This document shows positions 1 through 8,850 of a DNA stretch of 32,000 nt, piece after piece (position 1 is the first letter of the stretch; every line of letters starts with the position of its first letter). The stretch is from NCBI RefSeq assembly GCF_000020025.1, contig NC_010628.1, positions 7,140,001 to 7,172,000 on the forward strand, written 5' to 3'. The stretch comes from Nostoc punctiforme PCC 73102. GTDB lineage: Bacteria; Cyanobacteriota; Cyanobacteriia; Cyanobacteriales; Nostocaceae. Made by a program: the position numbers and the translations under genes. Below the pieces are notes generated by a model. The model ran no database searches. It was not told where the DNA came from and was given only the letters and a program-made list of their open reading frames with translations.

Positions 1-1105
1 CTATTTTCCAACCAGTCAGGCGGGCTGCCAAACGGACGTTTTGTCCTTCTTTCCCAATAGCTAAACTTAATTGATCTTCAGCCACGAGTACGTGAGTTTG
101 CCGGGATTCTGGGTCCATGAGGCGTACTTCATCCACCCGTGCTGGACTTAAAGCATTAGCGATGTATGTTGCTGGGTCTGGCGACCAGCGAATTACATCT
201 ATTTTTTCACCGCGTAATTCGTTGACTACCACTTGAATTCGCGATCCCCTGGCTCCGATACAAGCACCAACTGGATCGACATCGCGATCGAGGGTATCTA
301 CTGCTATTTTAGTCCGGGGACCGACATAACGGGAGGGGGGGTTTGCCTCCCTTGCTACGGCAACAATCCGTACCACTTCATCTTCGATTTCTGGGACTTC
401 GTTGGCAAACAGGTAAACCACTAAACCTGCATCAGCACGAGACACCAGCAACTGTGGCCCTCGTTGTTGACCTTGGGAAACTTTTTTCAGATATACCTTG
501 AAGGTGGCATTTGCCCGATAATTATCGTTAGGCAACTGTTCCCGCTTCGGTAATTCGGCTTCTACTTCTGGCTGACCAAAGCCACTGCTAACTGCCAAAA
601 CCACAGATTGCCGCTCAAACCGTAGGACTCTTGCTTGCAAAACAGTTCCTTCTAAATCTTGGAACTCTTCTTGCACCATCTGGCGCTGTTGATCCCGTAA
701 TTTTTGCGCCAATACTTGCTTGGTTTGCATTGCCGCCATCCGACCAAATTCTCCTTGATCGGGAGTCACATCTAGCACAACAGAGTCCCCTAACTGCGCT
801 TCGGGAGCTACTTGTTGAACTTCGTCTAGAGAAATCTGATGGTCTGTGTTATTTACTTCTTCAACGATGGTTTTGGTGGAAAGAACGCGAAATCCCTCTC
901 CGTCAATATCGAGTTCTACTTCAAAATTTTCAAAATAATCTTCGTCAAACTGTTTTCGCTCTAAATTTTGGGCGCGACGATAACGTTCGTAGCCTTTTAA
1001 TAGTGCTTCTCTAATAGCTGATTGAACTGCAAGACGGGGTAAATTCCGCTCACGACTTATACTTTCAATTAATTCTTTTAATCCAGGTAAAGTAACCATT
1101 GACAT
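1..1105 (-). CDS. nusA: Transcription termination/antitermination factor NusA (first ~368 codons; the gene runs off the left window edge)
   Basis: Absent from the supplied ORF track because no stop lies inside the window. Reverse-strand translation from ATG (complement of 1103-1105) reads MSMVTLPGLKELIESISRERNLPRLAVQSAIREALLKGYERYRR... It reaches the window edge with ...VLVAEDQLSLAIGKEGQNVRLAARLTGWKI (S1 and KH-domain signature). AGGAG lies 8 nt upstream of the ATG. The gene sits directly downstream of rimP, as in the conserved rimP-nusA-infB operon. Confidence 0.93.
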   Translation of the reverse strand, partial: MSMVTLPGLKELIESISRERNLPRLAVQSAIREALLKGYERYRRAQNLERKQFDEDYFENFEVELDIDGEGFRVLSTKTIVEEVNNTDHQISLDEVQQVAPEAQLGDSVVLDVTPDQGEFGRMAAMQTKQVLAQKLRDQQRQMVQEEFQDLEGTVLQARVLRFERQSVVLAVSSGFGQPEVEAELPKREQLPNDNYRANATFKVYLKKVSQGQQRGPQLLVSRADAGLVVYLFANEVPEIEDEVVRIVAVAREANPPSRYVGPRTKIAVDTLDRDVDPVGACIGARGSRIQVVVNELRGEKIDVIRWSPDPATYIANALSPARVDEVRLMDPESRQTHVLVAEDQLSLAIGKEGQNVRLAARLTGWKI

Positions 1106-1187
1106 AAGCAATCTCCTTTAAAAAGCAGGGAGTGGGGGCTGAAAACTACGCATTAAATAGAACCAGCGATTAGAGAATAGCTTTACA

Positions 1188-1288
1188 CTAGCCCCTAATC
1201 TCTAGCCCTTAGTCCCGAAACTCTAGGCCCGAAACTCTAGCCTTGAGCGAATGGCACTCTAGCCTGTAATTCCTAAGCCCTAGCCCTT
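1188..1288. repeat. Degenerate short tandem repeats with a CTCTAG core filling the rimP-nusA spacer
   Basis: The 14-bp unit cccgaaactctag(g/c) occurs twice in tandem (1214-1241). Further ctctagcc / ctagccc copies lie near 1190, 1199, 1257 and 1279. Confidence 0.6.
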
Positions 1289-1291
1289 TGT

Positions 1292-1753
1292 TTATCGGCG
1301 CTCGTCTAGCTGCACCTTAGTAATTAGGGAGCGGGGAATTTCGACTACACGACCTTTTTGGTTTAAGTAAAGTGTTATCTCATCCCGGCGAATCAACTGA
1401 CCAATCCACTCTTGTTGTCCGTCGTAGGGGGGCGTTGTGGAGATAATGACAGGGAATCCTTTAAAGGAAATAAACTCCCTGTCTGTTACCAGTTGCCGCG
1501 AAATACCAGGACTAGACACTTCCAAGACGTATGTATCTGGAACGATTTCCGCAGCATCTAAGGAGGCTTCTAAAGCACGGCTCATCCTCTCACAATCATT
1601 CAATCCGGTGTCTTGCTGAGGATTGCGAATGTCTACCCGCAATACTGGTGGACTTTGGTGAGTGTGAAAAACCACGCCAACCACTTCCAATCCCAGTTCT
1701 TCTGCTACTGGTGTCGCCAAATCAATAATTTGTGGAACTAAAGGATGAGCCAT
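1292..1753 (-). CDS. rimP: Ribosome maturation factor RimP
   Basis: ORF 1292-1834 carries the RimP signature (...[14 protein letters not shown]...). I start it at the internal ATG (complement of 1751-1753; [30 protein letters not shown]...) because the 27 upstream codons do not look RimP-like. It lies immediately upstream of nusA. Confidence 0.88.
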   Translation of the reverse strand: MAHPLVPQIIDLATPVAEELGLEVVGVVFHTHQSPPVLRVDIRNPQQDTGLNDCERMSRALEASLDAAEIVPDTYVLEVSSPGISRQLVTDREFISFKGFPVIISTTPPYDGQQEWIGQLIRRDEITLYLNQKGRVVEIPRSLITKVQLDERR

Positions 1754-1884
1754 GAGAGAATTCAATAAAAAAAGTGGGCACTGACCCACTTCCTGCGATA
1801 GGTATATCTTCCAAGAAGTCTTGTGACGAATCAATGATGGTTCGCCCTCATTCGAGTTTAGCGCATTTAATGGATAGTCGAGTA

Positions 1885-2093
1885 TGGGGCATTAGGCATT
1901 GGGCATAGAGAAGAGACAAGGGAGACAAGGAAGAGGGAGGAGACAAGGAAGAGACTTGTTCAATAATTTCCCCTTGTCCTCCTTGTCCCCCTTGTCCCCT
2001 AATCCTTTCCTGCTCCCCTGCCCCCTGCTCCCCATCTTCCTCATCTCCCCCATTTCCTACTCCCTACTCCCCACTCCCCACTCCCCACTCTCT
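1885..2093. repeat. Intergenic array of heptamer/nonamer repeats (STRR-like), including an inverted nonamer array that can form a long hairpin
   Basis: The region contains gggcatt-type heptamers at 1887-1906 and gagacaagg nonamers at 1913-1953. These face ccttgtccc nonamers at 1970-1999. About 10 C-runs follow (G-runs on the minus strand), ending in the ccccact heptamers at 2062-2086. ORF 1899-2150 is a low-complexity artefact of these repeats. Confidence 0.8.
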
Positions 2094-3563
2094 CTACCCT
2101 TCGCGTATTTTTGGGAGAGTGGTGCTTTTCTCAACGACTGTTGGAACTGATGCTTGTGTGCGTAGCTGCCTGGTTTGCTCGATAATTTGGTCTATGTCTT
2201 CTTGGGATAAACGCTGGACGTAGTTGATTTTGATTTCCTCTAAGAAGTCAAAAACTAAACTCTGAATTTCGGAAAGTACGTGTTTTTCCTTCATTTCAGA
2301 TCCCAAAGCTTCGCTAAACCTTTCTACGAGTTGACTGGTGAGTTTTGCGCCAACAGGGTCTTCAACAGCGCTAACTAAAGTTTTGTAAAGATTAGTTGTG
2401 ATTTGCGTCGCCAGTTGTTCGCTTAACTGGGTTTGAGCTTTTCCCACGCCAGGCAAATTCTGGAGATTGCGGTAGACGGGGACTTGATGGAAGACGGTTT
2501 CGATGTTGTGACGCAAAATGGCAACGATCGCAGGTTGAATATCAGGTAAGACTTGGTAAACAATTGTTTTTACCAGAAGACCTGCGATCGCTTCAACTTC
2601 ATTCACATTATTAATATCTATGTAGGGACGTAAATTTTCTTGTTGTGAGAGCCAATGCGTTAACTCACCCCGTTGAATTGAACCCTGAACCTGGTTAATT
2701 ACTCTTACTACCACTACTTCTGTGAGTTCTTCAGCAAAATTGGCGACAACCCCCTGATGAATTTGCTTTCGCACTGGCTGGAGATCCAATAAATGCGCTT
2801 GATCGAGGCGGACTAATACAGGTAAGATTCGCAGCCAACGCCAAAATGGTAGGAGCAAAAATATGTCATACCAACGCCACAATAGTGCTTCAAACCAGCT
2901 TAAACCAAGATGTCGGCGTTTGATTAAGAAGGTACGCCCCAGCAATTCTACGCCAAATAAAATCACGAAGGGTAAGTCAATAATCCAAAAATTATCTACA
3001 AATTCACCACTTTCACCGATTTGGCGGTAGTAGTTAGTGGCAATCAAAGGGCGGATGCTCTCGTTAAAAAAATTAATTTCTTTAATCCAGCCATTTTGCA
3101 AGAGGTAAGGCTGACTCCAAAAAGTGGCAAAGGACTGTTTTGCAGATTCGTTACCGATGTGCGATCGCATCCGCTTTTTGATTTTTTCCAAAGTCCCACT
3201 TTTATTAACTCCAGCAAAGGGGTTACTGTCAATCATCTCGTTGCTAAGACGCTTTATTTGCTCTAGTCTGCTTTTTACCTCAGAAGACTCTAATCCTGTT
3301 TGGCTGACTTGTTCTTCTAATGCGTCTACTGTTTCTAGATAAATTTTTGTGTCTCGGTGGGGTTCAATACCTTTTATTGGGTCATAAATCTGAATAACTT
3401 GGGGAAGTTTCCGTAAGTAAAAATCTCGCCAAGGTACGTAACTTAAATTAAACAAAACTAAACCTAAATTTACAGTGGCAGTAATAGCCATAAATCTTTC
3501 AAACCAAAGATTCCTCTGCTTAGAAGATTTTATCTCTTTCTTTTTTTGTTGCATATTATACAT
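2094..3563 (-). CDS. Conserved-looking multi-pass membrane protein of unknown function (about 490 aa)
   Basis: Long ORF with stop TAG (complement of 2094-2096). The track start at 3632 is TTG; the first ATGs are at 3563 and 3554 (MYNMQQKKK...). Hydrophobic segments are FMAITATVNLGLVLFNLSYVPW, FWIIDLPFVILFGVELLG and WRWYDIFLLLPFW followed by RWLRILPVLVRL. A ~230-aa helical soluble part follows. I recognise no family with certainty. Confidence 0.7.
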   Translation of the reverse strand: MYNMQQKKKEIKSSKQRNLWFERFMAITATVNLGLVLFNLSYVPWRDFYLRKLPQVIQIYDPIKGIEPHRDTKIYLETVDALEEQVSQTGLESSEVKSRLEQIKRLSNEMIDSNPFAGVNKSGTLEKIKKRMRSHIGNESAKQSFATFWSQPYLLQNGWIKEINFFNESIRPLIATNYYRQIGESGEFVDNFWIIDLPFVILFGVELLGRTFLIKRRHLGLSWFEALLWRWYDIFLLLPFWRWLRILPVLVRLDQAHLLDLQPVRKQIHQGVVANFAEELTEVVVVRVINQVQGSIQRGELTHWLSQQENLRPYIDINNVNEVEAIAGLLVKTIVYQVLPDIQPAIVAILRHNIETVFHQVPVYRNLQNLPGVGKAQTQLSEQLATQITTNLYKTLVSAVEDPVGAKLTSQLVERFSEALGSEMKEKHVLSEIQSLVFDFLEEIKINYVQRLSQEDIDQIIEQTRQLRTQASVPTVVEKSTTLPKIREG

Positions 3564-3998
3564 TTTTGGGATATTTGGAATATCAGCTCTTCCATTTATT
3601 AATTTTCGTTTTTTTCCAACCAAATACAGCAATTTGCAGTTAAGTAGACCTCAGTATAAATGTATGTATATGTATTTATGTCAACTTAAGGTTAAAAAAA
3701 TGCTTAGAGACAAAAGGCTTAAGTTGACACCGATCCACATAAATGCATCTATATGGAAATTGAGTGTTCAAAGCGTGTATTCGCTTCAAATGATAACCTC
3801 TGCATCTCTGCTAATATAAGATACGTCTTTTGATGGATGACATGAATTAGCTTATATACATCTCGTTAACTTTGGCAAAAATTATTCATAAATTATTCAA
3901 AAATCATTAAAAAATCGCGAAAAAAGTTATTAAACAAACTTAAAATGCAGCTGTTAACATTTATAATCCTGCTGATTTAATCCAAAGGAGTTTTAAAT

Positions 3999-4676
3999 AT
4001 GTGGTGTGGTTTTGGAAAATCAAGCGCGACTTTTGCTGTTACTTGCCTGATAAGCGCTAGTGTGGTAATTGCAGACACAGGTTTCGCAGCACCTCAACGT
4101 AGCTATACGCCCCAGCAATTCCGTTCTGTGTTGCGAGGTCTAGGCTATAACGTCAAGGTAACAAATGGTCCTTTGACAGATGAGGAAACCAAAAAGGCAA
4201 TTCGTGAATTTCAGACAGGTTATAAGCTAAAACCAGTTGATGGGATAGCAGGGCCAAAAACCCAAGATTTTGCTGCTAACATTGTTCAAATTCTGCACAC
4301 AAATTTGAATGCAGTAGTCAAGCCTAATCCTCCCCTACCGCGCGATCATTTTTACGGTTCCCGCACGGAAGAAGTGGTGAAGGAGTATCAAAAGAAATAT
4401 CAGTTGCAAGAAACTGGAATTGCTAATTTAGCACTCCGCCAAAAGCTGAATGAAGAAGCAAAGACAGTCTTGAGTCAACCAACAACGAAACCAACGGCTA
4501 AACCAACAGCTAAACCAACGGCTAAACCAACGGCTACACCGACAGCTACGCCAACGGCTACACCGACAGCTACGCCAACAGCTACACCAACAGCTACACC
4601 GACAGCTACACCAACTGCTACACCGACAGCTACGCCAACGGCTACACCGACAGCTACGCCAACATCTACACCCTAG
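3999..4676 (+). CDS. Secreted peptidoglycan-binding-domain protein with a Pro/Thr/Ala-rich C-terminal repeat tail
   Basis: ATG with AAAGGAG 8 nt upstream. Signal-peptide-like N-terminus (...VVIADTGFA/AP). PG_binding_1-like motif LRGLGYNVKVTNGPLTDEETKKAIREFQTGYKLKPVDGIAGPKTQ, plus a second weaker copy (EVVKEYQKKYQLQETGIANLALRQKL). The tail is 16 tetrapeptides of PT(A/T/S)(K/T). Confidence 0.8.
   Translation: MWCGFGKSSATFAVTCLISASVVIADTGFAAPQRSYTPQQFRSVLRGLGYNVKVTNGPLTDEETKKAIREFQTGYKLKPVDGIAGPKTQDFAANIVQILHTNLNAVVKPNPPLPRDHFYGSRTEEVVKEYQKKYQLQETGIANLALRQKLNEEAKTVLSQPTTKPTAKPTAKPTAKPTATPTATPTATPTATPTATPTATPTATPTATPTATPTATPTATPTSTP
4479..4673 (+). repeat. 12-bp coding tandem repeat (about 16 units, PTAK/PTAT) with a 24-bp higher-order periodicity
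   Basis: ccaacggctaaa / ccgacagctacg units repeat head to tail up to the stop codon. The mirror ORF 4428-4685 on the other strand (CRC/SRW-rich) is a by-product. Confidence 0.9.
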
Positions 4677-4705
4677 TCGCCACAAAAACCCCTACCCAAA
4701 GATCC

Positions 4706-5599
4706 TCAAGTCATCTGATTTGGTTCTTCTAAGGGTCTACCCTTGGGTATAGGTAGAATTGGACGGGGGTCATTGTAAGGCATAGGAATGTACTGCACGC
4801 TGGGTCGCCCTCCTTGCGCCTGTGGGTACAAGTCCATGAGATCATAAATAGAATGGGGCAGTCCGACAGTTACGGGCAGCCCCATTTCTGTTGCTTCTTC
4901 AATAGTTATGGGATAATCGTGGGTGACGCGCCCGGTTGTCAAGGCTTCGATAATCGATTCAATATTTTCTGGTAGAACTTTTTGTTTGGGTATACTGTCT
5001 TTAAGCAAAGTTCGTACAAACCTCTGTACCTGCCCAATTGCTTTGCGTGAGAGGTCGGCCATAATTAAAGTTTGATCGTCAATCTCACTGATGGGTTTAT
5101 CTTCAATTACTTTTAGGATACTTGCTGCGGGGTAATTACCCAATTGGGGATCAACTGGCCCCAAAACAGCGTTAGCATCCATAATAATTTCATCAGAGGC
5201 CAGGGCAAGCATTGTACCGCCACTCATCGCGTAGTGCGGGACAAAGACTGTGACTTTTGCCTGATGGCGAATTAATGCTCTAGCAATTTGTTCTGTTGCC
5301 AAAACTAAACCACCAGGAGTGTGCAAAATTAAGTCAATTGGCACATCTGGGGGTGTGAGGCGAATAGCTCGTAATATTTGTTCTGAGTCTTCGATAGTAA
5401 TGTAGCGAGATATGGGAATTCCCAGAAAGCTAATAGACTCTTGGCGGTGAATCAACAAAATCACCCGACTTTTGCGTTCTTGTTGGAATTCTTGTAAAGC
5501 ACGCAAGCGGCGATATTCTATTTGACGTTTTTGCCAAAGGGGTTGCAAAGAAGTTAAAAGGAGAAAAATCCAGAATAAATCACCAATACCAAAGCCCAT
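4706..5599 (-). CDS. Membrane-anchored Clp-fold serine proteinase (SDH/PF01972-like, SppA/ClpP superfamily)
   Basis: N-terminal anchor DLFWIFLLLTSLQPLW. Motifs RVILLIHRQE, DLILHTPGGLVLATEQIA and VPHYAMSGGTMLALASDEIIM, as I remember them for this family. ATG at complement of 5597-5599. Confidence 0.72.
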   Translation of the reverse strand: MGFGIGDLFWIFLLLTSLQPLWQKRQIEYRRLRALQEFQQERKSRVILLIHRQESISFLGIPISRYITIEDSEQILRAIRLTPPDVPIDLILHTPGGLVLATEQIARALIRHQAKVTVFVPHYAMSGGTMLALASDEIIMDANAVLGPVDPQLGNYPAASILKVIEDKPISEIDDQTLIMADLSRKAIGQVQRFVRTLLKDSIPKQKVLPENIESIIEALTTGRVTHDYPITIEEATEMGLPVTVGLPHSIYDLMDLYPQAQGGRPSVQYIPMPYNDPRPILPIPKGRPLEEPNQMT

Positions 5600-5733
5600 A
5601 AAAAATTAATTCTTGTTCAAAAATAACGATTGTCGTCATTATTGTGACAATTTTTGGGCGATCGCAGTTCTATCGTGGGCTAGAAGATGTAGAGGGGGAT
5701 AAGGTAGATTTTGCTCTCTATTCCCCTACTTCT

Positions 5734-7629
5734 TCATCTCCCCCGTCGCCAAATCTTGATAGTATCGTCATCACTACCGCTCACTAGGGTTTGACCATCA
5801 GGACTGAAAGCGACACATCGAACATAGCTGGAATGTCCTGTAAGTGTGCTAATTTCTCTACCACTGTGTAAATGCCACAGTTTGATAGTGTTGTCCCAAC
5901 TGGCACTAGCGAGAAATTGCCTATCCTGGCTAAAGGCAACTGACCAAACTGAATCAGAATGACCAATGAGAGTGCGAATTTCTTTGCCTGTGTTTACATG
6001 CCACAATTTAATTGTGTTGTCACCACTGCCACTAGCAATCATTTCTGCATCGTGGCTGAAGGCTATACAGTTGATGAAGAAGGAATGACCTGTAAGTGTG
6101 TAGATGTTTCTGCCCGTGTATACTTGCCACAGTTTGATAGTGTAGTCATTACTGCCACTAGCGACAAGCTGTCTATCCTGGCTGTTCGTCGTTGTCGCCG
6201 TTCTTGGAGAATAGGCAATTGATGAAACTGAGTCGGAATGGCCAGTGAGAGTTTGAATTTCTATACCAGTGTTTACTTGCCATAGTTTAATTGTGCAGTC
6301 AGCACTGCCACTAACAAGAAACTTGCCATCTGGACTGAAGGCAACAGAATTCACCCAGTTAGTATGACCAGTGAGAGTGCGAATTTCTTTTCCGGTGTTT
6401 ATATCCCACAATTTGATCGTATTATCCCAACTACCGCTAGCCAACATTCCCCAGTTCAAATCTGCGCTTCCGGTAGATTTGCCTGACTCTCCTTGATAAG
6501 AAAGCTTTGCTGAGATTGGGCTAAAGGCGACGGAATTAACCATACTAGAATGACCAGAAGACCAACGACCCATTTGACGCACTAGTTTGCCAGTACCCAG
6601 TTGCCAAAGTTTAATAGTATGGTCATTACTGCCACTAGCAATGAATTGCCCATCTGGACTAATAGCGATCGCATGAACCATACTAGAATGACCTCTGAGG
6701 GTCTGTAAGCATTGCCAGTTTTGCTGGTCTAATACAACAGGTGGAGGTAATTTTACTCTGGGCGTTATCACTAAGGTGGATGTTGCTGGTGCTATCTTTT
6801 TCTCGTTTTCAGGGCCCAATAAATCCAACCACTCCTGCACAGATTGGGGACGATAGGTTGACTCCAAATCCATGCCGCACATAATAGCTTGATTTACCCT
6901 ATTGCTGATGTTGGGATTAAAATATTGTGGTGGTTCTAAATTAATATTGTGCCGTCTATCATCTGCACTTGTCGGTATCACTGCGGTAAGCAAATTATAC
7001 AGAGTAGCAGCTAAAGCATAGATATCAATGTACTCTCCTCGTGGCGCTTCTGATTCATACTGCTCAGGCGGGGCAAAACCAGGAGTACGATACACTGTAT
7101 GTCTTTGAATTACATTAGGAATAAATTCTCTAGCGATGCCAAAGTCTATCAGCACTGCTTCTGATTTATCAATGCGGATCATAATGTTGCGTGGTTTGAG
7201 ATCCCGATGCAGCAATCCTTTAGAATGGATTAGTGTCAAAGCGTCGCCAATTTGTCTGATGTAGAGCAGCGCTTCTGCTTCTGATAGCACTCCAACCCGT
7301 CTGAGATACTGTCCTAAGTCTTCGCCTTCGATGTATTCCATCACCATGCAGGGCAAATTTCCATCATCGAAGATGGTTTCTATTTCTACTATATGGGGAT
7401 GGTGACACACAGCCAGCCTAACTGCTTCATCACGAAAGTCTTGCCGTAACTTGTTTCGGTGGAGTATCCAGGCGGGGTGGTTCAGGATTTCTTCTTTAAG
7501 GGTTTTAATCACTCGCAGTTGATTCCGTTGATTTCTGGCAAGATAAGTAATGCCAAGTCCGCCTTCACCTAGTTGGCTTTCGATAATGTAGCGTCCCCCG
7601 AATAAAGACTTTCCTGCATTCCACACCAT
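5734..7629 (-). CDS. Hanks-type Ser/Thr protein kinase fused to a C-terminal WD40 beta-propeller
   Basis: Kinase motifs are GEGGLGITY, VIKTLK, HRDLKPRNIM, DFG and GFAPPEQ. The C-terminal half holds about seven WD40 units (GHSxxVxSVAFSPDGxxLxSGSxDxTIKLWxxxTGxEIxTLTGH) and ends ...TIKIWRRGR*. Confidence 0.92.
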   Translation of the reverse strand: MVWNAGKSLFGGRYIIESQLGEGGLGITYLARNQRNQLRVIKTLKEEILNHPAWILHRNKLRQDFRDEAVRLAVCHHPHIVEIETIFDDGNLPCMVMEYIEGEDLGQYLRRVGVLSEAEALLYIRQIGDALTLIHSKGLLHRDLKPRNIMIRIDKSEAVLIDFGIAREFIPNVIQRHTVYRTPGFAPPEQYESEAPRGEYIDIYALAATLYNLLTAVIPTSADDRRHNINLEPPQYFNPNISNRVNQAIMCGMDLESTYRPQSVQEWLDLLGPENEKKIAPATSTLVITPRVKLPPPVVLDQQNWQCLQTLRGHSSMVHAIAISPDGQFIASGSNDHTIKLWQLGTGKLVRQMGRWSSGHSSMVNSVAFSPISAKLSYQGESGKSTGSADLNWGMLASGSWDNTIKLWDINTGKEIRTLTGHTNWVNSVAFSPDGKFLVSGSADCTIKLWQVNTGIEIQTLTGHSDSVSSIAYSPRTATTTNSQDRQLVASGSNDYTIKLWQVYTGRNIYTLTGHSFFINCIAFSHDAEMIASGSGDNTIKLWHVNTGKEIRTLIGHSDSVWSVAFSQDRQFLASASWDNTIKLWHLHSGREISTLTGHSSYVRCVAFSPDGQTLVSGSDDDTIKIWRRGR

Positions 7630-7923
7630 TAGTAATATTTGACAATTGCTGGTATTTATTTTGGCACGGTATCAAAACAGCCAATCCGAATTTTTGGGAA
7701 TTCCTTTTGAATTGCTGTTGTAGATTTTTGGACGTTACTTACTTAGAGAACATTTTCATTAACCTCGATAATTATTAATAGTATAAAGTTGTGTATACCC
7801 TAATAGCTTTAGCGAAACTTTGCCTTTAGATCAAAGTATGAGAGTTGATTGCTTATGTTAGAGTAAACGATGACTTTCGCTATATTTGTTCATAATAATT
7901 TGACTTGTAGGTAATCTGTAATT

Positions 7924-8832
7924 ATGCTAAAAAATCTGAATCTGAAACAAAAGTTTACAATTTTGCTATTGGTAATTCTGACATTCGGTTTGAGCTTGAG
8001 TGGATTTGCTCTTTCTTCTTTGCTTAGGGAGAATGCTAAACAAGATATTAGCTCTACCGGTCTCATCCTCATCCAAACAATGAGTTCTGTCCGTAAATAC
8101 ACCAGTACCCAAGTGAATCCAGAGCTAGTTGATAAATTGGCTACTGAGTTTTTGCCGCAAACCGTACCTGGATACTCAGCACGGGAGGTATTTGAGATTT
8201 TACGGAAAACAACAGAATATCGTGATTTCTTTTATAAAGAAGCAACTCTCAATCCCACAAATCTGCGAGATAAGGCTGACGGTTTTGAGACAGAAATTGT
8301 CGAAAGGTTCAGAAATAAATCGGATCTTAAAGAAGTGAGTGGATTTCGCTCAATTCCTAGTGGGGATATTTTTTATATTGCTCGTCCCTTAAAAGTTTCT
8401 GAAGAAAGTTGTCTGAAGTGTCATAGCGTACCAGAGGCTGCTCCTCAAAGTATGATTACTCTTTATGGCACAGCTAATGGATTTGGGTGGAAGCTGAATG
8501 AGATTGTCGGCGCTCAAATTATATCAGTACCGGCAAAGAATGTAATCAGCAAAGCAAATCAGTCTTCCTTACTAATTATCTTAATTGTATCAACTATATT
8601 TATAGCGACTATCCTATTAGTTAACTTATTCTTGAATCGACAGGTTGTTGTTCCTCTCAAACGCATGACTCGCATAGCTGAAGAAGTTAGTACGGGACAC
8701 ATGGAAGTTGAATTCGAGCAGATGTCTAATGATGAAATCGGTAATTTAGCTAAAGCCTTTAAACGGATGCAGTTAAGTTTAGAAATGGCAATGAAAAGAA
8801 TCAAACGCACTCAGGGGGGCACAGGGGATTAA
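7924..8832 (+). CDS. Membrane sensor: extracytoplasmic c-type-heme DUF3365/Tll0287-like domain + TM + HAMP, with no output domain
   Basis: TM1 is FTILLLVILTFGLSLSGFALSSLL. The only Cys residues form one CxxCH (CLKCH, nt 8410-8424), followed by ...LYGTANGFGWKLNEIVGAQIISVP as in DUF3365. TM2 is SSLLIILIVSTIFIATILLVNLFL. HAMP-like helices follow (VPLKRMTRIAEEVSTGHMEVEFEQMSNDEIGNLAKAFKRMQLSLEMAM, nt ~8635-8799). The stop comes about 10 codons later. Confidence 0.78.
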   Translation: MLKNLNLKQKFTILLLVILTFGLSLSGFALSSLLRENAKQDISSTGLILIQTMSSVRKYTSTQVNPELVDKLATEFLPQTVPGYSAREVFEILRKTTEYRDFFYKEATLNPTNLRDKADGFETEIVERFRNKSDLKEVSGFRSIPSGDIFYIARPLKVSEESCLKCHSVPEAAPQSMITLYGTANGFGWKLNEIVGAQIISVPAKNVISKANQSSLLIILIVSTIFIATILLVNLFLNRQVVVPLKRMTRIAEEVSTGHMEVEFEQMSNDEIGNLAKAFKRMQLSLEMAMKRIKRTQGGTGD

Positions 8833-8850
8833 AGTAATTAGTAATGACAT

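Noticed and set aside
233-1014. ORFs 233-424 and 631-1014 (+)
   Set aside because: They lie antisense inside the clearly recognisable nusA reading frame. They have TTG or weak starts and no recognisable motifs, so they are shadow ORFs.
1885-2093. Whether the heptamer/nonamer arrays here and at 15955-15990, 21412-21443, 24270-24345 and 27720-27800 could be CRISPR arrays
   Set aside because: The units are 7-9 bp, contiguous and without spacers, and no cas genes are present. They are STRR-type microsatellite-like repeats.
1899-2150. ORF 1899-2150 (+), an 83-aa Pro/Ser/Leu/Arg-rich peptide
   Set aside because: It is translated entirely from the heptamer/nonamer repeat arrays and overlaps the 3' end of the membrane-protein gene. 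It is a low-complexity artefact.
3021-3819. ORFs 3021-3266, 3044-3232, 3124-3342 and 3475-3819
   Set aside because: They overlap the 2094-3563 membrane-protein gene or its AT-rich upstream region, in other frames or strands. No motifs or RBS, and odd composition.
4428-4685. ORF 4428-4685 (-), Cys/Arg/Trp/Ser-rich
   Set aside because: It is a mirror reading of the 12-bp PTAK/PTAT tandem repeat. Its periodic composition is dictated by the opposite-strand repeat.
5784-6222. ORFs 5784-5966 (-) and 5959-6222 (+) inside the WD40 region
   Set aside because: They are alternative-frame or antisense readings of the WD40 repeats. The kinase-WD40 frame is unambiguous.
7890-8810. ORFs 7890-8102 (-), 8129-8338 (+) and 8559-8810 (-)
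   Set aside because: They overlap the heme/HAMP sensor gene out of frame or antisense. No independent support.
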